Notes under the pieces: model-generated
The model's database searches: none
Told to the model about the DNA's origin: nothing
The model's input: the letters and a program-made list of their open reading frames with translations, nothing else
Translations under genes and position numbers: made by a program
Assembly (NCBI GenBank): GCA_004431415.1
Contig: QPMI01000473.1
Location: 103,993-167,992 of the forward strand
Source of the DNA: Cyanophora paradoxa CCMP329
Lineage: Eukaryota > Plantae > Glaucophyta
DNA: 64,000 nucleotides
Reading direction: 5' to 3'
Shown: piece after piece, positions 1 to 11,400 of the stretch
Position numbering within the stretch: the stretch's first letter is position 1
How the letters are laid out: each line of letters starts with the position of its first letter

Positions 1-33
1 CGCGCACATCGAGCCCGCCAGGGCTATGCTGCT

Positions 34-1531
34 GTGCATGTGCAGCAACTCGCTGCTGGCTCCGCTGCGGCGGATGATGATCCCGTGCGGATCGCATTCC
101 TGCCTGCAAATCCGCGCCTCGCCGATGGCGACCGGTTCCGGAAGGACGTGCGGAACTTCCAGTCGTCCCTGCCGACGAAGTACTTGTTTGGCCCGGATTC
201 TGCCGGTAGCCAGGAGTACTCAAAGTCAGAGGCGCTAGCCGGAGTGATTGTCGGGCGGATCCGCCCCGGACCTCTCCGCGCTGAGATTGAGCGCAAGCGC
301 GACCTCTATGAGGCCTCTGTCACTGCCCTCGAGCATGACCGCGCCAGGCTCGCTCGTCTCGAAGCTGTCCCGGCAGACCTGCGGTCCGCCGAGGATGATG
401 CTGCTATCCTCGCGCTGCAGCAGAGCTGCGTGCGTGATCAGGCCTCAATCGTGGCCGTGCGCGACTCGTACTTGCGTGCCCCCGGGCTGCTTGACACGAT
501 CACTGCGTGGATTCACGAGACCCGCCCGCACGCGGCCCGCCGGGCTCTCACTGAGCCGTACACGGGCGAGGACCCCCGCTCGTGGCATGACTGGTTCTTG
601 CCCCTCGTACGGCACACGCTGCCGCGGGGCCAGCAGTTTGCTGCGTACTACGCGGACTGCCTGCGCACCGCGCTCGAGGCCCGCTCGACGAGCGAGGACC
701 CTGAATATCAGAACCTTGATGTTCGGATGGCCGGGTTCGCCCAGGCGAACGAGCGCACGCTGCGCGAGTTCCTCACGGCGCTGCGGCAGCGCCTCCTCGC
801 CAATAACGGCGCTATCTCGCCGCTTGAGCTTGACAATATTTTCGTCGAGCAGTGCAAGCGCCACGGCTGCCGCGCCGTGTTCCCGCCTGCGCTGGCAGCT
901 GCCGATCGCGAGCTGCCCGAGGCAAAACGGACCCGTATCCTGCAGGCACAGTTTGCCGAGGATGAGTCCTCGTCCGCCGGCACCCCTGCCGCTGCACGAG
1001 CCTCGAGCTCCTTGGCCCTGCTGAGCCTCGGGATGCAAATTCCACGGCCCAGCCCTCGATTTCTGCACGTGGGTCCTCTTGGCCGTGCAGTCCCGCTCGC
1101 CTGCCGCTGTTGCGGAGGTGCTGCGGCGCATGTCCGAGCTCGGGTACCCGGAGTACCCCCCTCAGACTGCTACGGGTGCTCGGATGACCCAGCGTCCCCG
1201 TTGAGGCGCGACGTCATTGGGCAAATGTGTGCCCAAGCGCACCCCGTTCGCCCCAGTACGCCCCTGGGTCCGCCGCGGCCAGTACTATCGGCAAAAGCGA
1301 TCCCAAGAGGATGCTGCCAACAAGCACGAGTACTGGTCCGACGAGGGAAACCAGGACCCAGACGAAGTCTGCGGTCGCTGCGGCGAGGCAGGGCACCACC
1401 ACAGTGCCTGCCCCGACCCCCCACACGGGCTGCTCGCTCGAGCTCTGCGCTTCCCGCGCCCTCTAGCTCAGCGGCTCCACCCGCGCGCCCTGCGGCGGAG
1501 CGTGAGTGAGCAAGTGCACCAGCTGCACTAG
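34..1531 (+). CDS. Gag-like protein with CX2CX4HX4C zinc knuckle, frameshifted (probably starts before the window)
   Basis: ORF 34.. reads as a helical protein to about 1040. Another frame then gives ALDFCTWVLLAVQSRSPAAVAEVLRRMSELGYPEY. ORF 1217-1531 contains CGRCGEAGHHHSAC (1370-1411). No introns, unlike host genes. Confidence 0.6.
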
Positions 1532-3191
1532 GGTCTGGCTGGCTTGGGCAGCCGCCAGAAAAGCCCTGCTCGTAACCGCGATCCGATTTTTCGCGGAGCC
1601 TGGCCTCCCTGCGAGAGCCCCATGTGTCGCTGTAATAAGCGGCCCATATACCTGCCTCTGAGCAGGGTGTATATTTGTACATTTGTACATAATTTCAGAC
1701 GTCGGGGACGACGTCTTCCGAGAGGAGGAGTGAGCACGGGCATGCTGCACGAGCAGTGCAAGCGCTGCCGCTCGCCCTCCCGCCCCGAGGCTTGCTTGAA
1801 TCTGTGGCCGCTGGCCAAGATCGAATAGCACTCGCGAAAGAAGAGCCCCAATCGCGTGCTTTCGAGCACCCTGAGCGGCCACGGGTGCCCTCTTTCGAGA
1901 GGAGGAGTACCTCTTTCGCTGAAGCCTGCGAAGAGGCGCCACGGCCGGTGCCGCAATTGCGAGCCCTCCTGCTTCCCTCAATTTAGATCCGTGGCGGTGG
2001 CCGAGATCTGATCTCAAACCCAAGCGGGTACCAGTCTTTCCGAGAGGAGGAGTCCTCCGAGACTCTCTCGTCGAAAGCCTGCGATTTCGCGCGGCGCACT
2101 GCAGTTGCTGAGTGCGGCCATGGGCCTTGCGAAATCCAGAAATTAAAAGTGGCCTCAGGCCTTGCGGTCAGAGCTTCAAAGGCTTGAGCCTGATCATGAG
2201 CCGAGCCGCCAAGCTGCAGCTGCAGCTGGCCTCGCGGGAGGCTTTGAGCTCGAACCCCACACTTGAGCGAGCAAGCGGCCTTGCTGCCGTTGCGAGATGA
2301 GACGTGATCCACGGAGCCTTGAGCTCGGGATGCACCCTCAAGAGAAGCTTGATGCATATATGCCTGAGGCACGATGCCCAGCCGGCGAGCGCCTGATGGC
2401 ATGCCGTGAGCTTGACAGGCGGCCCGTGAGCCCTGCAAAAATCGTGAGCCTCCGAGCTTGAGCACAAGGTGCCCTCGAGAGCTCGAGCCCTGAAATAAAG
2501 TCCTGGCGCGCCCCGAGGCGGCCAGGCAATAGCAGGCTCTGCCATGAGCTTTGCAGTTCTTTGAACTCAAGTCCTGGTGACGCCGCCAAGTTGGCGCCAG
2601 GCCGCGCGGGTCTGTTCCGGGATCATCGGATCCGGACTGAACGTTAGCGGGGCGAGGGGCCCAGTGCCCCGCCCAAAGACCTGGTGAACTGCCCGACGAG
2701 TTGGCATCCAGGCGGCACACTGTGGCTGCAGGCCGAGTGGTGCGACGGGCTGCGAGCCTGCTCACAAGCTAAGAGCTTTGAGACCCGGCGGCCAGCCTGT
2801 TGAGGCGGCGCCAGAAGGACCCCCACGATCGTGAGTCTCGTCTCGCATGTGGCCGGCCCGGCCCAGGGCGCGGTCGTGACGGCGGGTGGTCCTGGCCAGG
2901 AGCGGCTTGAGAAAGCCGGCTCCAAGCCGCGTCCCGGCCCCACACGAGGGCGAGGACAAGAAGCGGCGATGCCTGCCTCCGAGCAGAGCGAGCACAAGAG
3001 GCCACCCGTGAAGGGTTGGGCTGAGAAGGGCCAAGCGCCCGCGAAATATCGCGAAAGTCCCGAGCAGAAGTGGTGCGCTGCGGGTGGCCGTTGTCCTTGA
3101 GCACAGCTCGGCACGGTGACAGGGCGGAAGACCCTTGCAAAGACCTAGCCGAGCCCTAGGACGCGCCTTGCGTCTGCAGAAGGGTCGGTGG

Positions 3192-3366
3192 GCGGCTGTG
3201 ACGCCGGGTTCTGCCCCGGGTACAGCGACAGGGGATGACAAATTCCCCCTCCGTGTAAGACCTGGTGTGGTACCAGGGCGCGCCTTGCGCCGGCAGGGGT
3301 ACACGCAGGCGGTCGTGACGCCGGGTTCCTGCCCCGGGTACGACGACGGGGAAGCAAAAATACCCC
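3192..3366 (+). repeat. Two ~118-bp tandem repeats inside the LTR element
   Basis: GTGACGCCGGGTTC(C)TGCCCCGGGTAC...GAC.GGGGA...AAAT.CCCC occurs at about 3198 and 3315. Confidence 0.75.
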
Positions 3367-3873
3367 CAGCAGGGCTCCGCACCAGGGACGCTTGGTGGCG
3401 GACCGCCTGAGAGGGCCACGTCCCCTTTTAATAGATGTGCACCCGCGGGTCGGGCAGGGTACCTCCCGTCGCGCAATGGCGTGGAAGGGCACCTTGTGGG
3501 CGGCGTCTAGCCTCGCCCTGGAGATTCTAGCTCCACCGCCGTCGGGGGATTCCCGATCCGACGCCGTGATAATGCAGTGAAGGCACGGTGTTTGCCTGAG
3601 CAGCGGCGCTAGTCGAGCTGCTTAGCCCTAAGTTTTGGGACGGGCATTTCGCTGTGGGCTGCTGAGCGCTGTCGCGAGCGCTGCGCCCCGCGTTGCTGTT
3701 GCAGCGTGTGCCTTTGCAGCTAACGTGCTGCACAATCGCGATGAGGGCAGGGCCCCCTCGGCTTCCGTCCCCTTCCGCTCGCCTCGTGCGGGTTGCCTGG
3801 GCCGCCGGCCCGAAGTTGGACCTCGCCCCCTGGGCACTACACGCTGGAGTCGTGCCGGCACTTGCCGGGCATC

Positions 3874-4005
3874 AGTCTTTTCTATTCCCGGCAGTCGACG
3901 CCGGGCATGGACATGTACATAGCCGGACTTGGTGTCTTTTCTATTCCCGGCAGTTGCCGGCCACGGACGGACGTTGAGCCTTTTTCGATTCCCGGCAGTA
4001 GCCGG
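3874..4005 (+). repeat. Three ~57-60-bp subterminal repeats upstream of the PPT
   Basis: (GTC)TTTTC(T/G)ATTCCCGGCAGT occurs at about 3875, 3934 and 3980. Confidence 0.75.
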
Positions 4006-4057
4006 TTGATATGTATTTATTTAGACCCGCGCGGACGCGGGATCCGAGAGGAGGAGT

Positions 4058-4338
4058 TGTCGCATCCGACATTATAGCGGATGCTCATTTATATGTGAGC
4101 CGCTAGGGCTCTAGATCACGTCAGCCTTCGAGCTGCTGGACCGACGGCGCCTAGGCTAGTTAGAGCGCCGCGGTCACTTGTATTCGTGTCGGGGTACGCC
4201 GTATCTGGACGGGTACACCCAGTGAGTTGGATCTTAGCGACGACAGCAGTGACACTCGCCATTCCCCGCCCTGCCGAGCTTGCACTCCGCACGGGCTTCC
4301 CGCGCGCACGATTAGACACACTAATCTCGCACGCGACA
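4058..4338 (+). repeat. 3' long terminal repeat (281 bp)
   Basis: TGTCGC start, GCGACA end, immediately after the PPT. The partner LTR is not in the window. Confidence 0.7.
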
Positions 4339-5484
4339 CGGCCCTTGCAATTGCGCTGCTGCAGGCGCCCCTGCAGCTGGCGCAGCTGCGCGCAGCTGCA
4401 GGCGCATCGCTGGAGCCGGCGATGGGCTGCGCGGGCCCGGCCGCGGGGGCACGGAATGAGATGTTGCCGGACGCGTCCTTGCCGATGACTGACTGCGTGG
4501 ATTTGCCCTTCTCCTTCGGCGGCATTGCTGCTGGCTGCCTGGCTGAGCCTACTTCGCTGTGCCTAAGTATGGCCCTTCCCCCCCCTGCTCCCCCCCCCCC
4601 ATAATATTTGCAAGTATCTTCAAGCACGGCTTTCTGGCTCAAATGCTTGGGGCTAGAGGTCAAGCCAAGTGCTTGAGGCAAATGCTTGACCCCAAGCAGC
4701 AGGCCTACTCTGAGACCGCACTAGTACGTATACTCGAACCATACTGGTATATACGTATACGTACTAGTTCATTGACGACGTCGGCACAAGAGTCACAACC
4801 GTTGAACTTCAGTCACAAGAGTCACAACTGCCGGTGTCTGCCGCACATGTACAAGGAGCTCGAGCCTTCTCGGAGGCTGTCGGAGCTCGGTAAATTGCTA
4901 TTGACGACGGTAAATTCGTCGGTAATGATGGAGCCCCAAACTTTTTTCCGCGTTTTTTCTTCTAAAGCGTAACGGCGAGCGTCTGCGACGACGGTTCGTG
5001 GTAATGGCCGGGTACTGGCAGGAATTCTGGAATTTCTGGTTACTCTACCGGTAGATCCGATGATCTACCGACTCTAGTACCGAGAGATCGGCGCGAGGCT
5101 CAGCAGGCTGCGCCGCGAGCGCCGACCTCGCGCGCGATCGATCGATCGATTGCGGGACCGGGAGGCGCAATTGCAAGGCGCGGCCTGCAGCAGTGCAGCT
5201 GCTGGCAGCAGAGATCACACAGACAGGACGTCGACGCGCGCGCACGGAGAACGTTAACGCTGCAGCTGTCGCGCGCGCGGAACGACCGGAATTGACAGCA
5301 GCGGCCCATGCCAGCTCAGCGATCCCCGTGTCCTGGAGCTCCGTAATTATAACTCGGCAGCCCAGTCGCGCTCGGGGAGCAAAGCCAGCTTCCAGCCTGA
5401 AGAAAGGAGGCCTAGGCGTCGGGTCTTAGGGCCGGGACGCGAGCGCCGTGCGGCCGGTACACGTGCTGATCCCAGCGCGGCGGG

Positions 5485-8400
5485 ATGTCGAGGGCGGGGA
5501 GCTCGCAGCAGGCGCCGGCGCTGGACCTCGATGATTCGCTGGCGCCGGAGCGCGGCATCGCCCACAGCGTCCTCGCCGCCCTCCAGGCGCTCCTCTCCGC
5601 CCTCCACGAGCGGCCCAAGCCCCGCCGCGGGTCCGCGCGCGCGCGCGCGCTTCCCCGGCCCGAGTCCCGGCCCGGCGCGCTCGGGGCCCGAAGGCTCGCG
5701 CTCACATCCCCGGCCCGACCCGCACCGCAGACTAAGAGACAACGTCCTGCTGCCGCTGCTTCTGGAGGTCGCCGCCTGGCTCCAGTTCGCCGCCCTCGCG
5801 CTCGGGAGGTTCGTCGCTCGCTCTTTCCGGCGCAGACGTCGCTGTACATGTGCTCATGATCGGCCGCGCGCAGCGGCTGGCATGCCTCGGCGGTGGGCTG
5901 GCTGAGGGACGGCGTCGCTCTGGACCGACTCGCGGCGCGGACCGGCCCGACGGCGGCCGCCGCCGCCCTCTACGCGTCCGCCGCGCTGGCCGGTGCGCCC
6001 CCCCCCCCGCGCGCGCGCGAGTGCGCTCCGCCGCCCGTCTGACGGCGCGCGCGCACACACACAGCGACGGTGCTGCTGCTCGCGGCGTGGGTGGTGCGGA
6101 TGTACATGCAGCACAGCCTGCGGCCGCTGCCGCTGCGCGCGCTGCGCCTCCTGGCGCCCTCGCGGCGCACGCGCTCCTCGTGCCGGCCCTCGGGGCGGCC
6201 GTGCAGGGGATCCCGTGCCTGCTGCCGGCGGGGCGGGCGCTCCCCTCGGGGGCCGCCTGCCCCGCCGAGCCGCCCCTGATCGCCGGCCTCGTCGCCGTCG
6301 CCGGCGTGCCGCTCCTGCTCCTCGCCGCCCTGCCCCTCGCCTTCCTCCACTTCGACAGCGACCTGTGCGCCGCCCACGCCGCCGGCCCCGCGGTCGCGCC
6401 GCCCTGACCGTGACGGCGCGCGCAGGGCCTCGCCGCACTGGGGCGCGCGCTCGCACGGGCGGGCCGGGGGCCTGCTGGCGGCGGCGCAGGCCGGCCTCGT
6501 CCTCCTCCGCCTCGTCGTCCCGGACGCAGGCCCCGCCTTCCTCGCCGCCGTCCTCGCCGTCGCCGCCGCAGACTTCGCCCTCTCCCTCGTCCGCCCCGCC
6601 CCCGCCCCCGGTCGAGCTGCCGCTCACCCGCACGGCCGGGCCGCGCGCAGATCATGCAGCCGCACGTCCACTCCCGCATGAACGAGCTCCGCAGCGGCCT
6701 CTCCGCCGCGGTCCGCCGCGCCCCGTCGCGCGGCCTCGCGCCGCGCCGCCGCCGACGCGCGCGCGCGCGCCCTCAGGCCCTCTGGCTGGCGGTCGCCTCG
6801 CACATCCTGGGCGCGCTGCCCGACGGGACCGACGAGGCGGCCCGCCTCGCCGCCTCGGGCCTCCTCCTCGCCCTCGCCCTCCCCGCCGCCCTCGGCGGCG
6901 CCTTCCTCTGCCGGTGCGGCTCTGCGGACTCTGCCGACTCTGCCCACTCTGCCGACTCCGCTGACTCTGACTCCGCAGCTTCGTGGAGCGGCGGGTGGCG
7001 GGGGACCTGCAGCGGCTCGCGGGGGCGCTCTTCGCGGCCGCCCCGCAGCCCTCCGACATGGCCGTCTACGTCGTCGAGGCCCGCCCCCACCCGCCCCGCC
7101 CCGTACCGCCCTCGGGCGGCGCTGACGCGCGCGGCTTTCGGCTTTTCGCGCAGGCGCGGCCGGGCGGGCGCGGGACGAGGGCCTCGCGGAGCGCGCGACG
7201 GCGACGACGCGGCGCGCCTCCGCCGGCGGCGAACCGTTCGGCAGCGGCCCGGCGGGCGCGGAGGCCGGCTTGGTCGCCAGCGTGGCGCCGGAGGTCGGCG
7301 CCGGCGCCGGGGCGCGGGAGCCGGCGGCCGCGGCGGAGGGGCGGCACCGGACGCTGCGGGAGATCCGGGAGGGCCAGGCGGCGGAGCGGAGGCTCCCCGT
7401 CCCCTCGCTCGCCGCCCTCCTCCCGGGCTTCCTGGGGGAGGCCCTCGTCGACGTCGCCGCCCGCTCCGTCCTCACCCGCACCACGTGAGCTCTGATTTCG
7501 CTTCATTTTGCTGGCCGTCTTCTTTCTCTGACGCGGCGCGCGCGCCGACAGGGCGGCCGACGGCGGGCTGCAGGCGGCGGAGGGCATCTACAAGGCCGGC
7601 CTGCGCCTCTTCCCCCGCTCCGCGTTCGTCCTCCTCAGGTGAGATCTGATCCGACGAGCTCTGATTTGATCCTACGCCGGCACTGACGCCGACGCCGCCG
7701 CGCCCGGCCTCGGGCAGCCACGCGACGTTCCGGTTCCACTGCCTGGGCGAGCTCCAGATGGCGCAGCTGGACGCCCGCCGCGCCTCCCGCCGCGTCGAGA
7801 CCTGGCTCGACTGGGACATGGCGCGCGCCGTCCCCGTCCCTCCGCCTCGATTTCCGTTGAAATGTCGATCGAACTTGCGCGCGCGGGCAGATCGTGCTGG
7901 CGGCGTTCAAGCAGAAGGCGTGGGAGCGCCACGACGGCGGCGGCGTCAACTTCCTCTCCATGCTGGCGCGCCGCCGCAATTTTAAATATACAGTAGCCTT
8001 AAGCCTTTCTTCTTAAGCCTTGAGCCTGCAGGAGTTCAAGAGGAGCTACGCGGGGGCGACGCGGGCGCACAACGAGGCGCTGAAGAACCTGCAGTCGCTC
8101 TGGGGCCAGCTCGCCAAGTCCAAGAGCAACAGCTGGACCAAGGAGCGCCTCGCCCTCGTCTACCGCCGCATCGCCGCCATCCACTCCGGCAAGCAGGTGC
8201 CCGCGCCCGCGAAATTGGAAGCCGCGCGGCCTCCGGTTTTCCTCATCGTTTTCTCCCCCGGCGGGCCCGCAGAAAGCGAACGAGGCGTACAAGGAGCTCG
8301 CCCGCAAGTTCCCCAAGTCCAAGATGCTCCTGCGCTCCTACGGGCAGTTCCTTGCAGGTCCGCTCCGGGTGGGGCAGCATCCGGGGCCAGTCCGGGACGC

Positions 8401-11400
8401 CCGGCCTTTATTCTCATTTTTAGAAGCGCGGCTTCAGTAAGGCCCATAAAATGTATATATAGACGAACGACGTTGACGCTAACGTATACGTCCGATCCGC
8501 GGCGCAGACGTGCAGCACGACCCGGAGATGGCGGCGATGCAGTTCGCGCGAGCCGACAGCATCGAGGAGCAGGAGGCGGCCGAGCGCGTCGGCTCCGGCG
8601 GCAACGAGGCCGCCAACGGCAAGGGGCCCGACGTCGACGCCCAGGTGCGATCGATATCGCGAACGCGCGCCGCCCCGCGGCTCCGTCCAGCAGCCTCGAG
8701 CCGCTCCTGACCGTCGGGCCGGCGGCAGTCCGACGCGAAGAAGAGCGCGCGGAGCGGGTCGTCGGGGAGCTCGAAGATGGCGCGGGCGGCGGCCGCCTCG
8801 GCGCAGATCGGCTCCAAGACCCTCGGCGCCCTCCGCCAGCTCCGCTTCGGCATCGTCGCCCAGGTCTCTTCTCCGTCACCTTTTAAATTTCCAAGCTCTT
8901 CCGGGCGCCTGAGCCTAGGCCTGACCCGTACACGCAGCTGGCGGTTTGCGGGCTGCTCTTCGCGGCGTCGTACGCGGCGATCATGGTCCAGTTCGGCGCG
9001 GCGCACGAGGCCGCGCTGCGCCTCTACGTGTCTGGGAACATCGCGCTGAACCTCGACTGTGCGCCTCTTAAGATGGGCGGGGATCGTTTAACCTCTCGTT
9101 TGGTTGCACTCAATGTGCGCGCGGCAGACACGAACTTCTACATCCGGGACGTGACGCTGGAGTCGCTGCTGGCGGAGAAGACGGGCGACGAGAGCGTCTA
9201 CGTCGAGTCCAACGAGCGGTCCGTCCGGCGCCGGCGCCGTTCACAGTTGTTGGAGCCGCTCGCGATCGCTCGAACGTGAACGCTCTGAAATTCTATCCCG
9301 CCACGCAGGCTCAAGAGCGCGATCGAGACGCTAGAGCTGTGGAGCTCCGTCGCGTATTTCGGGGGGCAGCTCGAGGTTCGGATCCGGACGCTCTTAAGAT
9401 TCGCGTCGCCCTCGTAGCACGCCGATGCGACCCTTGATTTTCGGCGTTGCCAGGACGGGACGAGGGTCCCCGCGAGCGCGCACCCGCTGATGTACAACTA
9501 CTGGCGCGAGCCGAGCGTCCTCGTCGAGACCCTCGTCTCCACCAGCGGGCCCAGCGGCGGTCCCCTCTTCGTGCGCAAGAACCTTGGAAGCTTTCAGCCG
9601 AGTCTAGGCTCCGACGGCGTCCGTCCCGCAGACGAAGGAGCGGGTGAGCCCGTGGGACGCGACGCGGGCCTTCGTGGGGCACGCGCACGTCGTCCTCTAC
9701 TCCGACGTCCACACCGACCTCCACGAGTACGGCCAGCTGCTGGCGCGTCCGTTCGGGGGCCGCTTTGTTTAACTCTTTGTTTCGTTGCGTTTGCCTGCAT
9801 GTCTGTCTTTGACAGCATCAATCCCGCAGAACAACACGCATTTCCAGTACATGATCCGGAACGGGTGCGTGCTTCCTGCTTACAATCATGAAGATACTCC
9901 AATCCGAACATGCGCATGCTGACGCGCGCGCGGGGCAGGCCGAACGCGATCACGCAGTCGGTCATCAGCTCGCGCAACCTGGCGATGCAGGAGGCCAACG
10001 ACGTCATGACCAAGACGTACATCGTGCGCGCGCCGCCCCTCCCTCGGCTCCGCGCGGGCGTCTCTAATTTCACCCGGGGCCGGGCAGGTCGTCGGGTGCG
10101 TGCTGGGGGCCGCCCTGCTGCAGCTCCTCTGCGTGGCGCCCCTCCTCTTCCGCAAGGTCCGCCCCTGCAGCTTCTCGGGAACCGCCGCCTGACAATCGGT
10201 TTCTGCGCTGCCGCAGGGCTTCCAGGCCGTCCGCGCGAACCAGAAGGGCGTGAGCGAGGTCGTCGGCAGGGTCCCCGTCTCCATGGTGCGCGCCCCGCAT
10301 GAACCGAACCGAACCGAACCGCAGTCGCTGATCGGCGCCGGCGCCTGCGCAGGTGTCGCACATCGCGGCGCTGTACGAGCAGATGAGCCTGGTGGGGCGG
10401 GACGGCGACTCGGACGCCGACGTGGACGACCTCCTCGAGCGCGAGCGCGAGGAGGAGGCCGGCGCCCGCGGGGAGGGCGGCGAGACGGCGCGGGACGGCG
10501 CCGGCGGCGCGACCTCCCACCGCTCCGGATCCGGCGCCCCGACGTCAACGGCCAAGCCCGGCGGGGGCGTCCCTGCCGAGCCGCCCGTCAAGGTCGTGCC
10601 GCTGACGACGCGGGCGCTCAAGTCGCTGCCGGCGGGCGGGCCACCTGGCCTCGTCGTCTCCAAGTCGGAGGCGCAGGCGCAGGCGGACCGGGCGAGCAGC
10701 CGGGGGGCCGTGGGCGCCCGCACGACCCGCGAGGACGTCGACATCGAGCTCGCGCGGCGCGAGGACGACAGCGACGAGGAGCTCGAGCGGGGCAGCCTCG
10801 GGCGCGAGGCGAGCGTGTCGGACCCCGGCGGCAGCGGCGGCGCCGACGCCGACGCCGACGCCGACGCGGGCGACGACGTCGTCCCGTTCGAGGCCCCGGG
10901 CAAGGAGGGCGGCGAGGCGAATTCGAAGGGGGCGGAGGCGGCCGCGGCCGGCGCCGGCGAGCCGGCCGTGCAGCTGCAGTTCTCGTCGTGGCTCCACGGC
11001 CTCATTTCCTCGGACGGGGAAGACTCCAAGGGCGGCAAGGGCGGCGTTGTGGCCGCGAAGCCGGCCGCGGCGTCGGGCTTCATCAACGTCGTCGAGCTGA
11101 GCCCCAGGAACGGCGAGCAAGAAGACGACAAGGTCTGTCATTCCACGCGGCAAATCACTCATATGCATACTCGATCTCTGAGCCGCACAGCGCAGACGCA
11201 GCCGAGCTGGGAGCCGGTGCCGGCCGCGGCGGCGGGGGCGGCTGCGGCGCCGCCGCGGAACTCTTCGCTGCGCAACCGGCGGAACCCGGCGCTCAGCCTG
11301 GCGCCCCGGGGCCACTCCTTCCTCAAATTCTCCTCCCACAACGAGGCGAGGCTTTCAATGAACGCAGTCCTTTCATTTCTCTGTAATCTGAGCCGGCTAC

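Larger units (their letters stand above)
1..4338 (+). mobile_element. LTR retrotransposon, 5' end outside window; gag-like coding only, no pol seen (probably non-autonomous)
   Basis: PPT GAGAGGAGGAGT at 4046-4057 is followed directly by TGTCGC...GCGACA (4058-4338, 6-bp inverted termini, TG..CA). Upstream is a long intronless ORF and a CCHC knuckle. Confidence 0.7.

Noticed and set aside
1531-4045. pol or env ORFs inside the LTR element
   Set aside because: No protease, RT (YxDD), RNase H, integrase or TM motifs are recognisable in any listed frame.
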